A DNA stretch of 64,000 nt from Acidimicrobiales bacterium (GCA_050012675.1 JBEKGS010000009.1:1329-65328), one strand, 5' to 3'; shown: positions 49,460-60,675, counted from the first letter of the stretch. Numbers and translations: made by a program. Notes: a model not told the origin generated them from the letters alone.

Positions 49460-51367
49460 TCAGTGATCGATTGCGCAGTGGGACGAGAGCCACGCCAACA
49501 CTCGGGACCAGTAGTCGGCGAGGTGCGCGGTCTCGGTGATCTGGTGGCCCTCTCGGGGGTAGATGACCATTTCCACCTCGGCGCCAGCGGCCGTGAGGGC
49601 TCCGTACAGCTCGTGGGCCTGGGCGACGGGTACGCAGCTGTCGTTCGCGCCGTGCAGTATGAGCGTGGGCGCCACCGCGCCGCTGCACCGGTAGACGGCC
49701 GATCGCTCCACGTAAAGTCGCTGGGCGACAGCCGCTGAAGGCGGCCCACCGAGGAGCAGATCGTAGAAGGGGGCGTTGTTGCAGGTGTGACGGCAGCTCG
49801 TAAGGTCGGACATGCCGGCTCCGACGACAGCGCAGGCAACCGGTCGCGTCACGGCAGCCAGAGCCGAGAGATAACCCCCGTAGCTCGAGCCCATGACCGC
49901 TGGCGCCTGTCTGGGCACTCGCCTGGACGACATCAGAAATTCCGCCCCTGCTAACACGTCTTCGAGCTCAGCACCGCCTGGGTCGCCATGGTTCGCCTTC
50001 GCGAACTCGCCGCCACGGCCCGGGCCGCCTCGCTGGTTCGCCAACAGCACGCAGTAGCCCGCTTCGAGCAACCGATTGGCGTGATGGGGATCGAAGCTGT
50101 GGTGATGAGCGAGGCTCGGTCCGCCGTGGATGAGCACGACGAGTGATCCGGCGTGCGCGCAACCCGCGCCAGGGCGGGAGGCGTCGGACTGCAGGAAAAG
50201 GCCCTGAATGTTTATTCCCCCCGGTCCTTGCCACGAGACCTCCTCGACCGAGAGGCCGCTTGGTACGGCACCGCTGCCTTCGACCCAGGGCTCGAAACGC
50301 CCGCCGGCACGGAGCACGGCGACCTGGCGGGGGGTGCGCTCGTCCGAGCGACAGGTCACTATCGTCTCCCCATCCTCCGAGACGACGAGCGACGGCCGCG
50401 ATGGCGAGTTCATGAGGGAGGCCGCCACGTGAGTGGCGCTCTCTGTCTGAACAGGCACCCCGCTCTCGTCAAAAGAGACGGTTCCAAACGAGGTGCCCAG
50501 GTTCTTCCAACCGGCAAAGTGAAGGTGACCGCGTCCGTCGAACTCGACATAGGTGACATCGGCACCGAGGTTCGCCAAACGATGCTGGACGACGCCGTCG
50601 GCGGTGAGGATGACGACCTCGCCGGCGACTAGTCCGCGGTCACTTGCCCAGCCCTCGACAAAGGCGACGCGACCTGACACGGGGTCAGCCGCCAGACCCA
50701 TGACCTGCCAATTGGGTCGATAGAGAACCTCGACGCTCCCCGAGGCATGGTCCAAGCGCCCGATCCAGGCCGAATACCAGGCGGCTTCGCCTGACCCTGA
50801 CGAACAGACGCATATGGTGACGTCGGGATCAAGCGGGGCGATCTCCCAGATAGAGAGCTCCGGTGATGTGACCGCCCACGCCCCTTGGCCTTCGATGTCC
50901 AACTGCCAGAGCCGCTGGCCTCTCCCAGGACTCGTCACGAAGGGATCGGCATGCGACTGTTCCCGCCGCGTGCCTGAGGTCAGCGAGTCACTGTCGGACC
51001 CAGGTTCGGCCACGACCGCCAGCACCGCCTTCCCGTCTGCGCGCCAGGCGACCTGTTGCGCAGAGCCCGCAAGCGTGCCCAATCGAACCGAGGGTGCGTC
51101 GTCTCCGACCAGGCTGAAGATCCCGATTGTCGTTGTCTCTTCCTCGACAAAGGCGACGGCCAACCGCCCTCCCTCACGGTCAAGGGCCGGCGGCGCGCTC
51201 GGCACCAGCTCGCTCAAGCGCTCCGGTGTCTCGCCGATCCGTCCCCAATAGAGGCCTTCGTCTCCGTTCGGTCCGGCACCGTATGGAGGCATCCGCACAA
51301 AGCCGGCGCTCGACCCGTCCGGAGCGACCACCGGCCACTGCGGTATGCCCTGGAGCGCTTCGCTCAT
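49460..51367 (-). CDS. S9 (prolyl oligopeptidase / acylaminoacyl peptidase) family peptidase
   Basis: HGGP, GSSYGG, HGAND and EGH catalytic triad motifs; propeller-like N-terminus. Confidence 0.88.
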   Translation of the reverse strand: MSEALQGIPQWPVVAPDGSSAGFVRMPPYGAGPNGDEGLYWGRIGETPERLSELVPSAPPALDREGGRLAVAFVEEETTTIGIFSLVGDDAPSVRLGTLAGSAQQVAWRADGKAVLAVVAEPGSDSDSLTSGTRREQSHADPFVTSPGRGQRLWQLDIEGQGAWAVTSPELSIWEIAPLDPDVTICVCSSGSGEAAWYSAWIGRLDHASGSVEVLYRPNWQVMGLAADPVSGRVAFVEGWASDRGLVAGEVVILTADGVVQHRLANLGADVTYVEFDGRGHLHFAGWKNLGTSFGTVSFDESGVPVQTESATHVAASLMNSPSRPSLVVSEDGETIVTCRSDERTPRQVAVLRAGGRFEPWVEGSGAVPSGLSVEEVSWQGPGGINIQGLFLQSDASRPGAGCAHAGSLVVLIHGGPSLAHHHSFDPHHANRLLEAGYCVLLANQRGGPGRGGEFAKANHGDPGGAELEDVLAGAEFLMSSRRVPRQAPAVMGSSYGGYLSALAAVTRPVACAVVGAGMSDLTSCRHTCNNAPFYDLLLGGPPSAAVAQRLYVERSAVYRCSGAVAPTLILHGANDSCVPVAQAHELYGALTAAGAEVEMVIYPREGHQITETAHLADYWSRVLAWLSSHCAIDH

Positions 51368-51844
51368 TTCATCACCACTCCCGGTTGTGAACGTTGGTGC
51401 AATGCGGTCGTGGCCACCGCAGCGACGGCACCTCGGTCGAGAACTTGTTTTGAGGACGGGGCTGGCGCCACGCCAGCCAGCGTTTGCACGCTCGAGGGGC
51501 TTTCACACCCGCTCATGATGATTGAGGACGTGCCCCGAGTTGGCGATCGACAATTGCCGGGAGTAGTCCAGCGTTCGGCTCGGACCTCGCGTCGCGCCAT
51601 TGCGGCCAGGCGTGGACGGTTGTGGGTGCCCTTCGTCACGGCCGACCGCCACGAGCGACAGCCGCACCGGGCGTGAGCTCGATCGGTGCGCAGCTTCGCG
51701 AGGTCGTCCGCCCGCTCGTCGGCGGGCGCGCTGGATGATGTCGGGCCCGAAAGGACTGTCCGTCGGGCGTCTGTTCCTATGGGACCGTTGAGCGCGATCG
51801 GGGTTCGCCTTCTCGGGAGCGCCTCCTGGCGTTGTCGGCCGGCG

Positions 51845-52810
51845 TCAATGGAGCCTGACGCGCGGATCGAGGACGGCGTAGACGACGTCAACGACGATGT
51901 TGGCGCTCACGACAGCCGCCGAGGCCACGATCACGACCCCGATGATCACCGGCAAGTCCTGGTTGGTGATCGCCTGCACCGCGGTATAGCCGAGGCCGGG
52001 GAGGCCGTACACGTTCTCGGTGATCACCGCGCCTCCGAGCAGCGAACCGACGTCGATTCCGAACTGCGTGACGACCGGTGTGAGCGCGGCGCGCAGGGCG
52101 TGGCGAAAGGTGATCCGCGTCTCGGAAAGCCCCTTCGCGCGCGCCGTACGGATGTAGTCCTCGCCGAGGACGTCGAGCATCGAGGTTCGGGTGAGACGGG
52201 TGTAGGCGGCCGCGGAGACGAGGGCGAGGGTCAACCAGGGGAGTATCAGGCCGCGGAACCATTCGAAGAGGCTCTGGGTCGGCGAGGTGTAGCCCGAGCC
52301 GGGGAACCAACGCAGCCCGTGGACGGTGAGTTGGTAGTAGAACACCTCGATCATCAGCAGTCCGAGCACGAACGTCGGCATCGAGTAGAAGACAAGTGCG
52401 GTGAAGGTCGCCCCGCGGTCGAGCAACGAGCGCGGCCGAATCGCCGAGGCGACGCCGCTCAGCACGCCGAGCGTGAACCAGATGATCGCGGCGCCTACGG
52501 CCAGTGAGAGGGTCACTGGGAATGCCTGGGCGATGATCGAGTTCACCGACTCGCCGTGGTAGTAGTCGTAACCGAGATTGCCCTGCAGGAGCTGTGACAG
52601 GAAATGTAAGTACTGCACGTACCACGGGCGGTTGAGGAGCAGTCGTCGGGCGATCAGGGCGACAGTCTGCGGCGGTGCCTCGCGCCCCGCGAGCACGCGC
52701 GCCACGTAGCCCGGCCCGGGCCCGACGTAGAAGATGAGATAGACGATGACGGTGACGCAGAACATGACGAGCGCGCCGAGAAGCAGGCGCCGGACGAGGA
52801 AACGGATCAC
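51845..52810 (-). CDS. Oligopeptide ABC permease (OppB/DppB)
   Basis: DYIRTARAKGL and GGAVITE motifs. Confidence 0.92.
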   Translation of the reverse strand: MIRFLVRRLLLGALVMFCVTVIVYLIFYVGPGPGYVARVLAGREAPPQTVALIARRLLLNRPWYVQYLHFLSQLLQGNLGYDYYHGESVNSIIAQAFPVTLSLAVGAAIIWFTLGVLSGVASAIRPRSLLDRGATFTALVFYSMPTFVLGLLMIEVFYYQLTVHGLRWFPGSGYTSPTQSLFEWFRGLILPWLTLALVSAAAYTRLTRTSMLDVLGEDYIRTARAKGLSETRITFRHALRAALTPVVTQFGIDVGSLLGGAVITENVYGLPGLGYTAVQAITNQDLPVIIGVVIVASAAVVSANIVVDVVYAVLDPRVRLH

Positions 52811-53787
52811 GCCCGGGTCCCGGTCGAGCGGGGGTCGAACGCGTCGCGGATTCCGTCACCGAGGATGTTGAACGCCAGTGTCGTGATGATGAGGGCGAGG
52901 CACGGGAACACGAGGAACCACCAGGCTTCCTGGTAGTACTGCTGGGCTTCCGCGATCATCGAACCCCAGTCCGCGGTCGGAGGCGGGACCCCGACGCCGA
53001 GAAACGACAGCGAGGCCTCCGAGACGATGCTCAGCGGGATGAGCAGCGTGGCGTAGATGATGATCGGCGCGAGCACGTTCGGCAGGACGTCGATGACGAT
53101 GATCCGCCACGAGCCGGCCCCGAGAGAACGCGCCGCCTCGATGTACTCCTTCTCCCGGATCGCGAGCACCTGGCCGCGCACGATGCGCGCGACGGTTGCC
53201 CAGCTGAACGTGCCGATCACGATCACGACTATCCCGATCCCCTGCTGGAGCACGATCGGCCCGATGTGAAGTGGTGTCACCGAGACGACCGAGGCGAGCG
53301 AGATGGCAAAGAGCAGGAACGGGATCGACAGCATGACGTCGACGACGCGGGCAAGCACCGTGTCGACGACGCGGCCGAAGTAGCCGGCCGCGAGGCCGAC
53401 GAGAGCCCCGATGGCCACGGCGAGGAGCGTGGCGAGAACCCCGACAAGCAGCGACACCTGCGCTCCGTAGGCCACGCGCACGAGGACGTCGCGGCCGAGG
53501 TCGTCGGTGCCGAAGAGGAACGAGAACGTCGGTGCCTTCGGCAGGCCGTCGATGGTCGTACCGATGGGTGGCGGGTACTGGACGTCCGGACCATGGCCGA
53601 TGAGCGCCGCGATCACCGGCGCCAGCACCGCGATGAGGGCGATCATCACCACTACACCGAGCGCGATCATCGCCGCCCGGTCACGACGCAACTTCGCGAA
53701 ACCGAGCCGCCACGGGCTCCTGCCCTGGATCACGTCCGCCTGCTCGGTCTCCAGTTCCCAGGGGTCGGGGGCACCCGGGACTGGCAT
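52807..53787 (-). CDS. Oligopeptide ABC permease (OppC/DppC)
   Basis: GTDDLGRD, EYIEAARSLG and LGDGIRDAFDPR motifs. Confidence 0.92.
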   Translation of the reverse strand: MPVPGAPDPWELETEQADVIQGRSPWRLGFAKLRRDRAAMIALGVVVMIALIAVLAPVIAALIGHGPDVQYPPPIGTTIDGLPKAPTFSFLFGTDDLGRDVLVRVAYGAQVSLLVGVLATLLAVAIGALVGLAAGYFGRVVDTVLARVVDVMLSIPFLLFAISLASVVSVTPLHIGPIVLQQGIGIVVIVIGTFSWATVARIVRGQVLAIREKEYIEAARSLGAGSWRIIVIDVLPNVLAPIIIYATLLIPLSIVSEASLSFLGVGVPPPTADWGSMIAEAQQYYQEAWWFLVFPCLALIITTLAFNILGDGIRDAFDPRSTGTRA

Positions 53788-53798
53788 GTTGCGGAGCC

Positions 53799-54854
53799 TC
53801 ACGGGAGCGGACCCTCGAGACGGGCCGGCTCGGTGCGGGTGAAGACCTCCCCATCGGCGAGGGGGTAGAAGCAGGCAGTCGTGTGCTGGGGTGGGTCGGC
53901 AAGGCGCGGTTCGAGCGCCGGTACCGCAGCCGAGCAGTCGGGACGGACCCGGGGGCAGCGCGAGCTGAACCGGCAGCCCGCCGGAGGGTGGATCGGCGAG
54001 GGCAGGTCGCCGACGAGAACGATCCGCTCCCGACGGTCCGCGAAGTCTGGATCCGGAACGGTCGCCGCGGAGAGCAGCGCCGCGCTGTACGGATGGCGTG
54101 GGGCCCGGTAGAAGTCGTCCGACGCCGCCTGTTCGAGCACCTTGCCCAGGTACATCACCGCGATCCGGTTGCTGACATTGCGTACGACGGACAGGTCGTG
54201 GGCGATGAACACGTAGGTCAGGTTGAATTCCTCTTGCAGGTCGACGAGCAGATTGAGGATCTGCGCCTGGATGCTCACGTCGAGAGCCGAGACGGGCTCG
54301 TCGCAGATGATCAGCTTGGGGCGCAGCGCGAGAGCACGAGCCACGCCGATTCGCTGACGCTGGCCTCCGGAGAACTCGGCGGGGAAGCGGTTGAAATGCT
54401 CCGGGTTCAGCCCGACGAGCTCCATCAGCTCCTGCACCTGGCGCTTGCGTTCGGCCCCGGAGCCCTTCGTGTGAATGGCGAGCGGGTCGCCGATGATCGA
54501 CCCGACCCTCCGACGCGGGTTGAGGGCGCCGAAGGGATCCTGGAAGATCATCTGCATCTCGCGGCGTACCGGTCGCAGACGGCGCTGGGAGAGCGCCGTG
54601 ATGTCCGTGCCGTCGAAGACGATACTTCCAGCGGTCACCTCCTGGAGGCGGAGGATGCACCTTGCCAGGGTCGACTTGCCCGACCCCGACTCGCCGACGA
54701 TGCCAAGGGTCTCGCCGCGGCGTACCTCGAGGCTCACACCGTCGATCGCGTGCACGACCTCCCGCTCACCGCGGTGCCGACGCGCGCCGCGCACGGGGAA
54801 GTGCTTCACCACATCGTCGAGTCGGACGAGCACGTCGCCCGGGACCGCACTCAT
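53799..54854 (-). CDS. Oligopeptide ABC ATPase (OppF/DppF)
   Basis: [24 protein letters not shown] and GCRF motifs. Confidence 0.92.
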   Translation of the reverse strand: MSAVPGDVLVRLDDVVKHFPVRGARRHRGEREVVHAIDGVSLEVRRGETLGIVGESGSGKSTLARCILRLQEVTAGSIVFDGTDITALSQRRLRPVRREMQMIFQDPFGALNPRRRVGSIIGDPLAIHTKGSGAERKRQVQELMELVGLNPEHFNRFPAEFSGGQRQRIGVARALALRPKLIICDEPVSALDVSIQAQILNLLVDLQEEFNLTYVFIAHDLSVVRNVSNRIAVMYLGKVLEQAASDDFYRAPRHPYSAALLSAATVPDPDFADRRERIVLVGDLPSPIHPPAGCRFSSRCPRVRPDCSAAVPALEPRLADPPQHTTACFYPLADGEVFTRTEPARLEGPLP

Positions 54855-55885
54855 CCCCGTTCCCCCGTCGCAATGTCGCCCGCCGGTGCGACCAGCGCGG
54901 AAGTGGCGCCCGCGGGCCGGTCCTGCAACCAACAGGCCGAGAAATGCGCGTCGTGCCCCTCGACAGGGGCAAGCGGCGGGCGCTCGAGGCGGCAGCGCGG
55001 CAGGCGCTCGGAGCAGCGCGGACCGAAGGGGCACCCTTCGCCGAGTGAGATGAGGCTCGGCGGCTGTCCCGGGATCGAGCTCAGCCGCCGCCGCCCGCCC
55101 TGGAAGGTTGGCACCGACCTGAGCAGTCCCGCGGTGTAGGGGTGGTGGTAGTCGTAGAAGAGCTCCCGCCGCTCGGCCTGCTCCATCACCGAGCCGGCGT
55201 ACATCACGATGACCTCGTCGGCGACCTCGGCGATCACGCCGAGGTCGTGGGTGATGAGGATGATCGCCGTGCCGAACTCATCCTGCATGCGCTGGATCAC
55301 TCCGAGGATCTGCGCCTGCACCGTGACATCGAGGGCCGTCGTCGGCTCGTCGGCGATGAGCAGAGCGGGGTTGAGGGCCATCGCCATCGCGATCATCACA
55401 CGCTGGCGCATCCCGCCCGAGAACTGATGCGGGTAGTCGTCGATGCGCCGCGCCGGCTCGGGGATGCCGACCAGCCCCAACAGCTCGATCACCCGGGCTC
55501 GCGCCTCACGCTTGCTGATCGTCTTGTCGTGCTCGCGGAGCAGCTCGACGACCTGCCAACCGACGCGGTAGAACGGGTGAAGGCTCGAGAGCGGGTCCTG
55601 GAAGACCATGCCGATGCGGGCGCCGCGAATCGAACGCAGCTGGGCGGAAGTCATCGTCAGCAGGCTCGAGCCCTCGAACAGCGCCTCACCGCTCACCTGA
55701 ACGCTCGCGCCCCGCGTCAGTCCGACGATCGTCTGCACCGAGACGCTCTTGCCAGACCCGGACTCGCCCACGATGCCGAGGGTCCGTCCACGTTCGACGC
55801 TGAACGACAGATCTCGCACGGCCCGCACCAGACCATCCGGGGTGCCGAACGACACCGAGAGCCGGTTCACCTCGAGCATGGCCAC
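54851..55885 (-). CDS. Oligopeptide ABC ATPase (OppD/DppD)
   Basis: [16 protein letters not shown] and DEPTTALD motifs. Confidence 0.92.
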   Translation of the reverse strand: MAMLEVNRLSVSFGTPDGLVRAVRDLSFSVERGRTLGIVGESGSGKSVSVQTIVGLTRGASVQVSGEALFEGSSLLTMTSAQLRSIRGARIGMVFQDPLSSLHPFYRVGWQVVELLREHDKTISKREARARVIELLGLVGIPEPARRIDDYPHQFSGGMRQRVMIAMAMALNPALLIADEPTTALDVTVQAQILGVIQRMQDEFGTAIILITHDLGVIAEVADEVIVMYAGSVMEQAERRELFYDYHHPYTAGLLRSVPTFQGGRRRLSSIPGQPPSLISLGEGCPFGPRCSERLPRCRLERPPLAPVEGHDAHFSACWLQDRPAGATSALVAPAGDIATGERG

Positions 55886-55919
55886 GGCTTCATCCTGTCA
55901 TTCGGTACCGGCTCCGTAC

Positions 55920-55967
55920 GAACCGGCCCGTACCGGGCGGGACGCTCCGCCAGGCACGGGCCGGTTC
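55920..55967 (-). terminator. Intercistronic stem-loop after the substrate-binding gene
   Basis: GAACCGGCCCGT (55920-55931) and ACGGGCCGGTTC (55956-55967) form a perfect 12-bp inverted repeat. Confidence 0.6.
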
Positions 55968-55981
55968 TACTCAGAACGAGG

Positions 55982-57766
55982 TCAGGCGTTCTGACGATCG
56001 TTCGGCGACAGCCAGACGTTCGTCGGGTCGATCCCCTGGATCCAGGACAAGTACACCGCACCGTGCACCTGGGTCGGGTGGAACGTGGCGAACAACGGTG
56101 AGTTGATCATGTAGACAGCCGCGTCCTCCATGACCTGGTGGTCGGCCTTCGCCCAGAGCGAGTTCGCCGCCGCAGTGGTCGGCGCGACGAGCGCTTTGGC
56201 GATCAACGAGTTGACGACCGGATCGCTCTCGAAGCCGAAGTTGTCGCCGATCGGCGGGATGGCCGACGTCTGGTACTGGTCGATCAGGAACGATGCGGCG
56301 TTGTTGCCGTACCAGTCCGGGTACCACTGACCGAAGCCGAAGTCCCAGACCCCCTGCTCGCCGGGGCCAGGCGTCTCGTAGTACTTGACGTAGATGTCCG
56401 CAGAGGGCACGCCCTCTCCTGTGACGGTGATCCCGACCGCGGAGAGCTCGTACTGGATCGTCTGGAACATCTTCACCTGCACCGGATTGTTGATCTGGTA
56501 GAGGAACTTGAAGGTGTAGTGCTTGCCGCCGAGCAGCGCCTTGGCCTTAGCGGGGTTGTAAGGGTAGAGGTCGAAGTTCGACGTTCCGGGAACACCCGGA
56601 GGCAGCAATTGCGTCAGCGGCGGGCTCACGACCGGGCCGCCGGCGTCGGTGACGAGCGCCGCACGGTCCAGGGCGTAGGAGATCGCCCTGCGGACGTTGA
56701 CGTTCTGCATCGCCTTGTTGAGGTTGGGGTCTTTCTGGTTGAAGATGACGAACGGGTCTTGGCCCTGGGTGAGGCCGAGGATCACGCCCGGGTTGTGGGC
56801 GGCGAGCAGCGCCGGCAGCTGGGCCGGCGGGATCGGGGTGTCACCCCATTCGAGGTCGGCGTTCGGCGAGTTCGTCTGCAGCTGCTGCTGCACGCTCGTC
56901 GCGCTGTCCGTCTCGACCACCTTGATCTCGTCTACATAGGCCTTGCTGATCGGGTCGAGCGACGCCTTCCAGACCGGGTTCCGGACGAAGGTGATGCTCC
57001 GCGTCGGAACGTAGGACTGCACCTCGTACGGACCGTCGGAAATGGTGTGCTGAGCCAAGGCAGCACTGGCCGGCAGGTAATTCAGCGTCTCGATCGGGGC
57101 GGGGGTGAAGGCCGCCATCGCGAGCAGGTTGGTGAAGTAGCTTTCCGGGTGCACGAGCTTGAAGCTGATCTGCAAAGGGTTCGACGGGTTGAGGATGACG
57201 CCCGGGATCGAGTGCGTCGCGAGGAACTGCTTTATCGCCGGCACCGTCGGCTTCACCTTCTCGAACGCGCTGCAGAACGCCGGCATGCCTTCGATGAGGC
57301 CCTCGTAGTCCGCCACACCGCCGAAAGGCTCAGCGGGATTGCACGTCCGCTCGAGGCCGCGCCGTGCGTCCGCGGCGGTCACCTGACGCGGTGGAGTCGT
57401 GTTCCACTCCGCGCCCTTGCGGATCGTGAGCGTGTACAGGGTGCCGCCATCGGTCACCGTCGGCATCGCGGTCGCGAGTTGCGGCACGACGTCGAGAGTC
57501 TTGCCCGGGACGGCAGGGTAGGCGAGGAGAGTCTCGGTCCAGATGCGGACACCGAGGTACCCGACGGTGTAATAGGTGATGTTCGGGTCGAAATAGTCGA
57601 CGTCGCCGGTGCCGAGCATGTAGAGGACGCCCCCGTAGTGGGAGCTCGACCGTGGCGTCGTCGCCGAGCTGGCCTGCGGGAGTGCGGTGAAGCCGGCGAG
57701 CGAGATCGCCGCCGCCGAGAGCATTCCAAGCGCCATCACGCGCCGCCTATGGAACAATCGTGTCAT
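55982..57766 (-). CDS. Peptide ABC substrate-binding protein (family 5)
   Basis: Signal peptide, DYFDP, GPY, NVRRAISYALDR and WYPDW; RBS GGAGG upstream of ATG 57766. Confidence 0.9.
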   Translation of the reverse strand: MTRLFHRRRVMALGMLSAAAISLAGFTALPQASSATTPRSSSHYGGVLYMLGTGDVDYFDPNITYYTVGYLGVRIWTETLLAYPAVPGKTLDVVPQLATAMPTVTDGGTLYTLTIRKGAEWNTTPPRQVTAADARRGLERTCNPAEPFGGVADYEGLIEGMPAFCSAFEKVKPTVPAIKQFLATHSIPGVILNPSNPLQISFKLVHPESYFTNLLAMAAFTPAPIETLNYLPASAALAQHTISDGPYEVQSYVPTRSITFVRNPVWKASLDPISKAYVDEIKVVETDSATSVQQQLQTNSPNADLEWGDTPIPPAQLPALLAAHNPGVILGLTQGQDPFVIFNQKDPNLNKAMQNVNVRRAISYALDRAALVTDAGGPVVSPPLTQLLPPGVPGTSNFDLYPYNPAKAKALLGGKHYTFKFLYQINNPVQVKMFQTIQYELSAVGITVTGEGVPSADIYVKYYETPGPGEQGVWDFGFGQWYPDWYGNNAASFLIDQYQTSAIPPIGDNFGFESDPVVNSLIAKALVAPTTAAANSLWAKADHQVMEDAAVYMINSPLFATFHPTQVHGAVYLSWIQGIDPTNVWLSPNDRQNA

Positions 57767-57893
57767 CGTGTTCAGCCTCCCAGTTCCCCTGTATTCATTG
57801 ATCCATTGACGCGCGGCCTGGACCGTCACGGTGGTCGCCCGTCCCGTGGCTGCACCAAGAGCCCGCCGCCGCACTTCGCCGGTTAGAACCGAA

Positions 57894-58309
57894 ATCGTAC
57901 CCGTACTCGTAACAGGGCGCCCGATCCGTGAGCCATTCGTCCAGCCACCCTGGCTCCGTCGGGCTGGCACCTCCGTCGAAAGTGGGTCCTGTTGCGTTGT
58001 AGTTCCTCGGCCGGGACCTTGGGACGGGTCCCGCCGCCCGTCCGGGTGCGGTCGGCTCGTCCAAGTGCACCAGGGGGTACCTCACGATCAGCGAAAACCT
58101 GGACTGGCGGCCTTCGGTGCGCGGGGGAACGGTCGCTCTGGCGCGAGCGGCTGCAAGCTGTGCTCCAGGGTTTCCCCGTCGTGGCACCCGACCTGTCCAA
58201 GTTGACGGGAAGGATCTCGGGCGGCAAACAACGGTTCTGGGCCAGCGTGCGGGGAATGACGGCGAGCCCACCCTGGCCGGGACCCCAAATGGTGGAGTCT
58301 GTGTACGAT
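57894..58309. promoter_or_regulatory. Candidate divergent -10 elements
   Basis: TACGAT on the minus strand at 57899-57894 and on the plus strand at 58304-58309. Confidence 0.35.
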
Positions 58310-58513
58310 CTCGTTGTGCAAAAAGCGGCCGAGGGCGCGGCGGTCTCGTCAGACAGAACGTGACTTACGCCTTCGAGACCACGAACCGGGCCCGCGTAAT
58401 GCAGGAGGGCGGACAGGTGCCCTGCGGTCCGGGTCGAGAGCCGGCCGACGACCCGCGGGTCGCGCGGGCCATCTCGGCGTGCGGGCCGAGCGGCCGGGAC
58501 AGACGCCTCAGGC

Positions 58514-59662
58514 ATGAACCCTGACAAGAGCCCGTTGGCGCGACCCACATCCTGCTCGCTGCCGGGTTGCCCGAGCCCGGGAAGGGAAGTGATCGCCGTT
58601 GACGCCCACGCCGGTGGCGAACCGGGGCGGGTCATCGTGGGCGGGGTCGAGGACGTGCCCGGGGCGACCATGTTTGAGAAAATGCGCCACCTCGCCACTT
58701 GCCACGACGACCTTCGCCTGCGCATGCTCCGCGAGCCCCGGGGTTACCCGGCGGCCAACTGCAACCTCCTGCTGCCGCCCATCAACGCCACAGCGGCTGG
58801 CGGCTTTGTGATCATGGAGCAGGTCGAGTACCCGCCGATGTCAGGCACCAACACCATCTGCGTGGCCACCGTAGTGATCGACCAAGGCATGGTGGAGGTG
58901 AGCGAGCCGGTGACGAGATTCACACTGGAGACTCCGGCCGGCCTTGTTCACATAAAGGCCGAAGTGGTCGGCGGACGGGCCCGGGCGATCACGTTCGAGA
59001 ACGTGCCCTGCCTTGCCTTGCAGCTCGACGCGCCGGTCGAGGTGACCGGCCTCGGCACCGTGAGCGTCGACCTGGCCTATGGCGGCATGATCTACGTCAT
59101 CGCCGACGCCGCCGCCATGGGCTTGCGCCTCACTCCCGATGAGGCCCGCGATCTGGTTCGCGTCGGTGAGTGCATCAAGGCTGCCGCCCGCGAGCAGGTG
59201 CCTCAGTGCCACCCGGAAAGACCCGAGTTGATTGGCCCCACGATCGCCTGTCTGGTGGGCCCGGCGAGCGGTCCCCACGCTGACCGGCGCAATGCCGTCG
59301 TCGTTTCCACGGGCGAGCTGGACTGGCGCCGGCCGGACACCTGGACGGGTGTCCTTGACCGTTCCCCGTGCGGGACCGGAACATGCGCGCAAATGGCCGT
59401 TCTCCACGCCCGGGGGCAACTGCCGCTCGGCCGCGATTTCCGCAGCGAGGGGATCCTGGGCACAGTGTTCACCGGCAGGCTGGTGGCCGAGGCCAGCGTG
59501 GCCGGCCGCCCCGGCGTGGTCCCGACCATCACCGGTACCGCCTGGATCACGGGCCACACCCGTTTCGTGCTCGACCCCGAGGACCCCTTCCCGGCCGGTT
59601 TCACCGTCGGCGACATCTGGGGCGCCGGTACCGCAGCAGCGCAGCCGACGGATGGCTCCTGA
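58514..59662 (+). CDS. Proline racemase-family protein, Ser/Cys dyad
   Basis: EPRG, YPPMSGTN and DRSPCGTG motifs. Confidence 0.88.
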   Translation: MNPDKSPLARPTSCSLPGCPSPGREVIAVDAHAGGEPGRVIVGGVEDVPGATMFEKMRHLATCHDDLRLRMLREPRGYPAANCNLLLPPINATAAGGFVIMEQVEYPPMSGTNTICVATVVIDQGMVEVSEPVTRFTLETPAGLVHIKAEVVGGRARAITFENVPCLALQLDAPVEVTGLGTVSVDLAYGGMIYVIADAAAMGLRLTPDEARDLVRVGECIKAAAREQVPQCHPERPELIGPTIACLVGPASGPHADRRNAVVVSTGELDWRRPDTWTGVLDRSPCGTGTCAQMAVLHARGQLPLGRDFRSEGILGTVFTGRLVAEASVAGRPGVVPTITGTAWITGHTRFVLDPEDPFPAGFTVGDIWGAGTAAAQPTDGS

Positions 59663-60675
59663 TGCGGTCTCGCCTGGTCTTCGGAGCCGTCGACAGCCAC
59701 ACGGAGGGCATGCCGACGCGTGTGATCACCTCCGGCGTTGGAGAACTGCCCGGTGCCACGATGGCTGAACGGCGGCTTTATGTCATGAGCCAGCGTGACG
59801 ACCTTCGCACGCTCCTGATGCACGAGCCCCGTGGCCACGGCGCCATGTCGGGTGCCATCTTGCAGAATTCGACACGTCCCGACGCCGATGTCGGGGTGGT
59901 CTTCATCGAAGTGTCAGGGTGCCTGCCGATGTGCGGCCACGGCACGATCGGCACGGCCACGGTGCTGGTGGAGACAGGCATGGTGGCGGTCAAGGAACCC
60001 GTCACGGTCATCCGCCTCGACACCCCTGCCGGCCTCGTGGAAGCGTCTGTCGAGGTGGAGCACGGGAGAGCCAAGAGCGTCACCATCCGCAACGTACCGG
60101 CCTATCTGCACCTGCGCGACGCCACCGTGAGAGTGCCCGGGGTCGGCGACTTGACCATCGACCTGGCCTGGGGCGGCAACTTCTATGCCCTGCTGCCCGC
60201 CTCCTCGATGGGCCTGGCCGTGCGACCGTCGTTGCACGACGACCTCATCAAGGCCGGTCTGGCGGTCATGGCGGCGGTCAACGACCAGCTCAGCTTCGTC
60301 CACCCAGAGCACAACTCCATCGACTACTGCCACCACGTCGTGCTCACCGAACCGGGCGACGCGGAGGTCTCCGGTCGCGCGGCGGTCGCCATCCACCCCG
60401 GTTGGCTGGACCGGTCACCCTGTGGCACGGGGACGTCCGCTCGTATGGCCCAGCTTCACGCACGCGGGGAACTGAACCTGGGAGAGGACTACGTGCACGC
60501 CTCCACCCTCGGGACGCGTTTCACCGGTCGCCTGATCGCCACCACAAAAGTGGGCGGCTTCGACGCTGTCATACCCACGGTACGCGGCCGAGCCTGGGTC
60601 ACCGGGCTGGCTACTTATCTCCTGGACCCAGACGACCCCTTCCCCGCCGGCTTTCTTCTGGGCCGAGAAACGTGA
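59662..60675 (+). CDS. Proline racemase / 4-hydroxyproline 2-epimerase, Cys/Cys dyad
   Basis: DSHTEG, EPRGH, MCGHG and DRSPCGTG; TGATG overlap with the previous gene. Confidence 0.9.
   Translation: MRSRLVFGAVDSHTEGMPTRVITSGVGELPGATMAERRLYVMSQRDDLRTLLMHEPRGHGAMSGAILQNSTRPDADVGVVFIEVSGCLPMCGHGTIGTATVLVETGMVAVKEPVTVIRLDTPAGLVEASVEVEHGRAKSVTIRNVPAYLHLRDATVRVPGVGDLTIDLAWGGNFYALLPASSMGLAVRPSLHDDLIKAGLAVMAAVNDQLSFVHPEHNSIDYCHHVVLTEPGDAEVSGRAAVAIHPGWLDRSPCGTGTSARMAQLHARGELNLGEDYVHASTLGTRFTGRLIATTKVGGFDAVIPTVRGRAWVTGLATYLLDPDDPFPAGFLLGRET

Noticed and set aside
51364-51891. 175-aa ORF overlapping the S9 start
   Set aside because: Starts inside oppB, has Arg/Ser-rich off-frame composition and no motif
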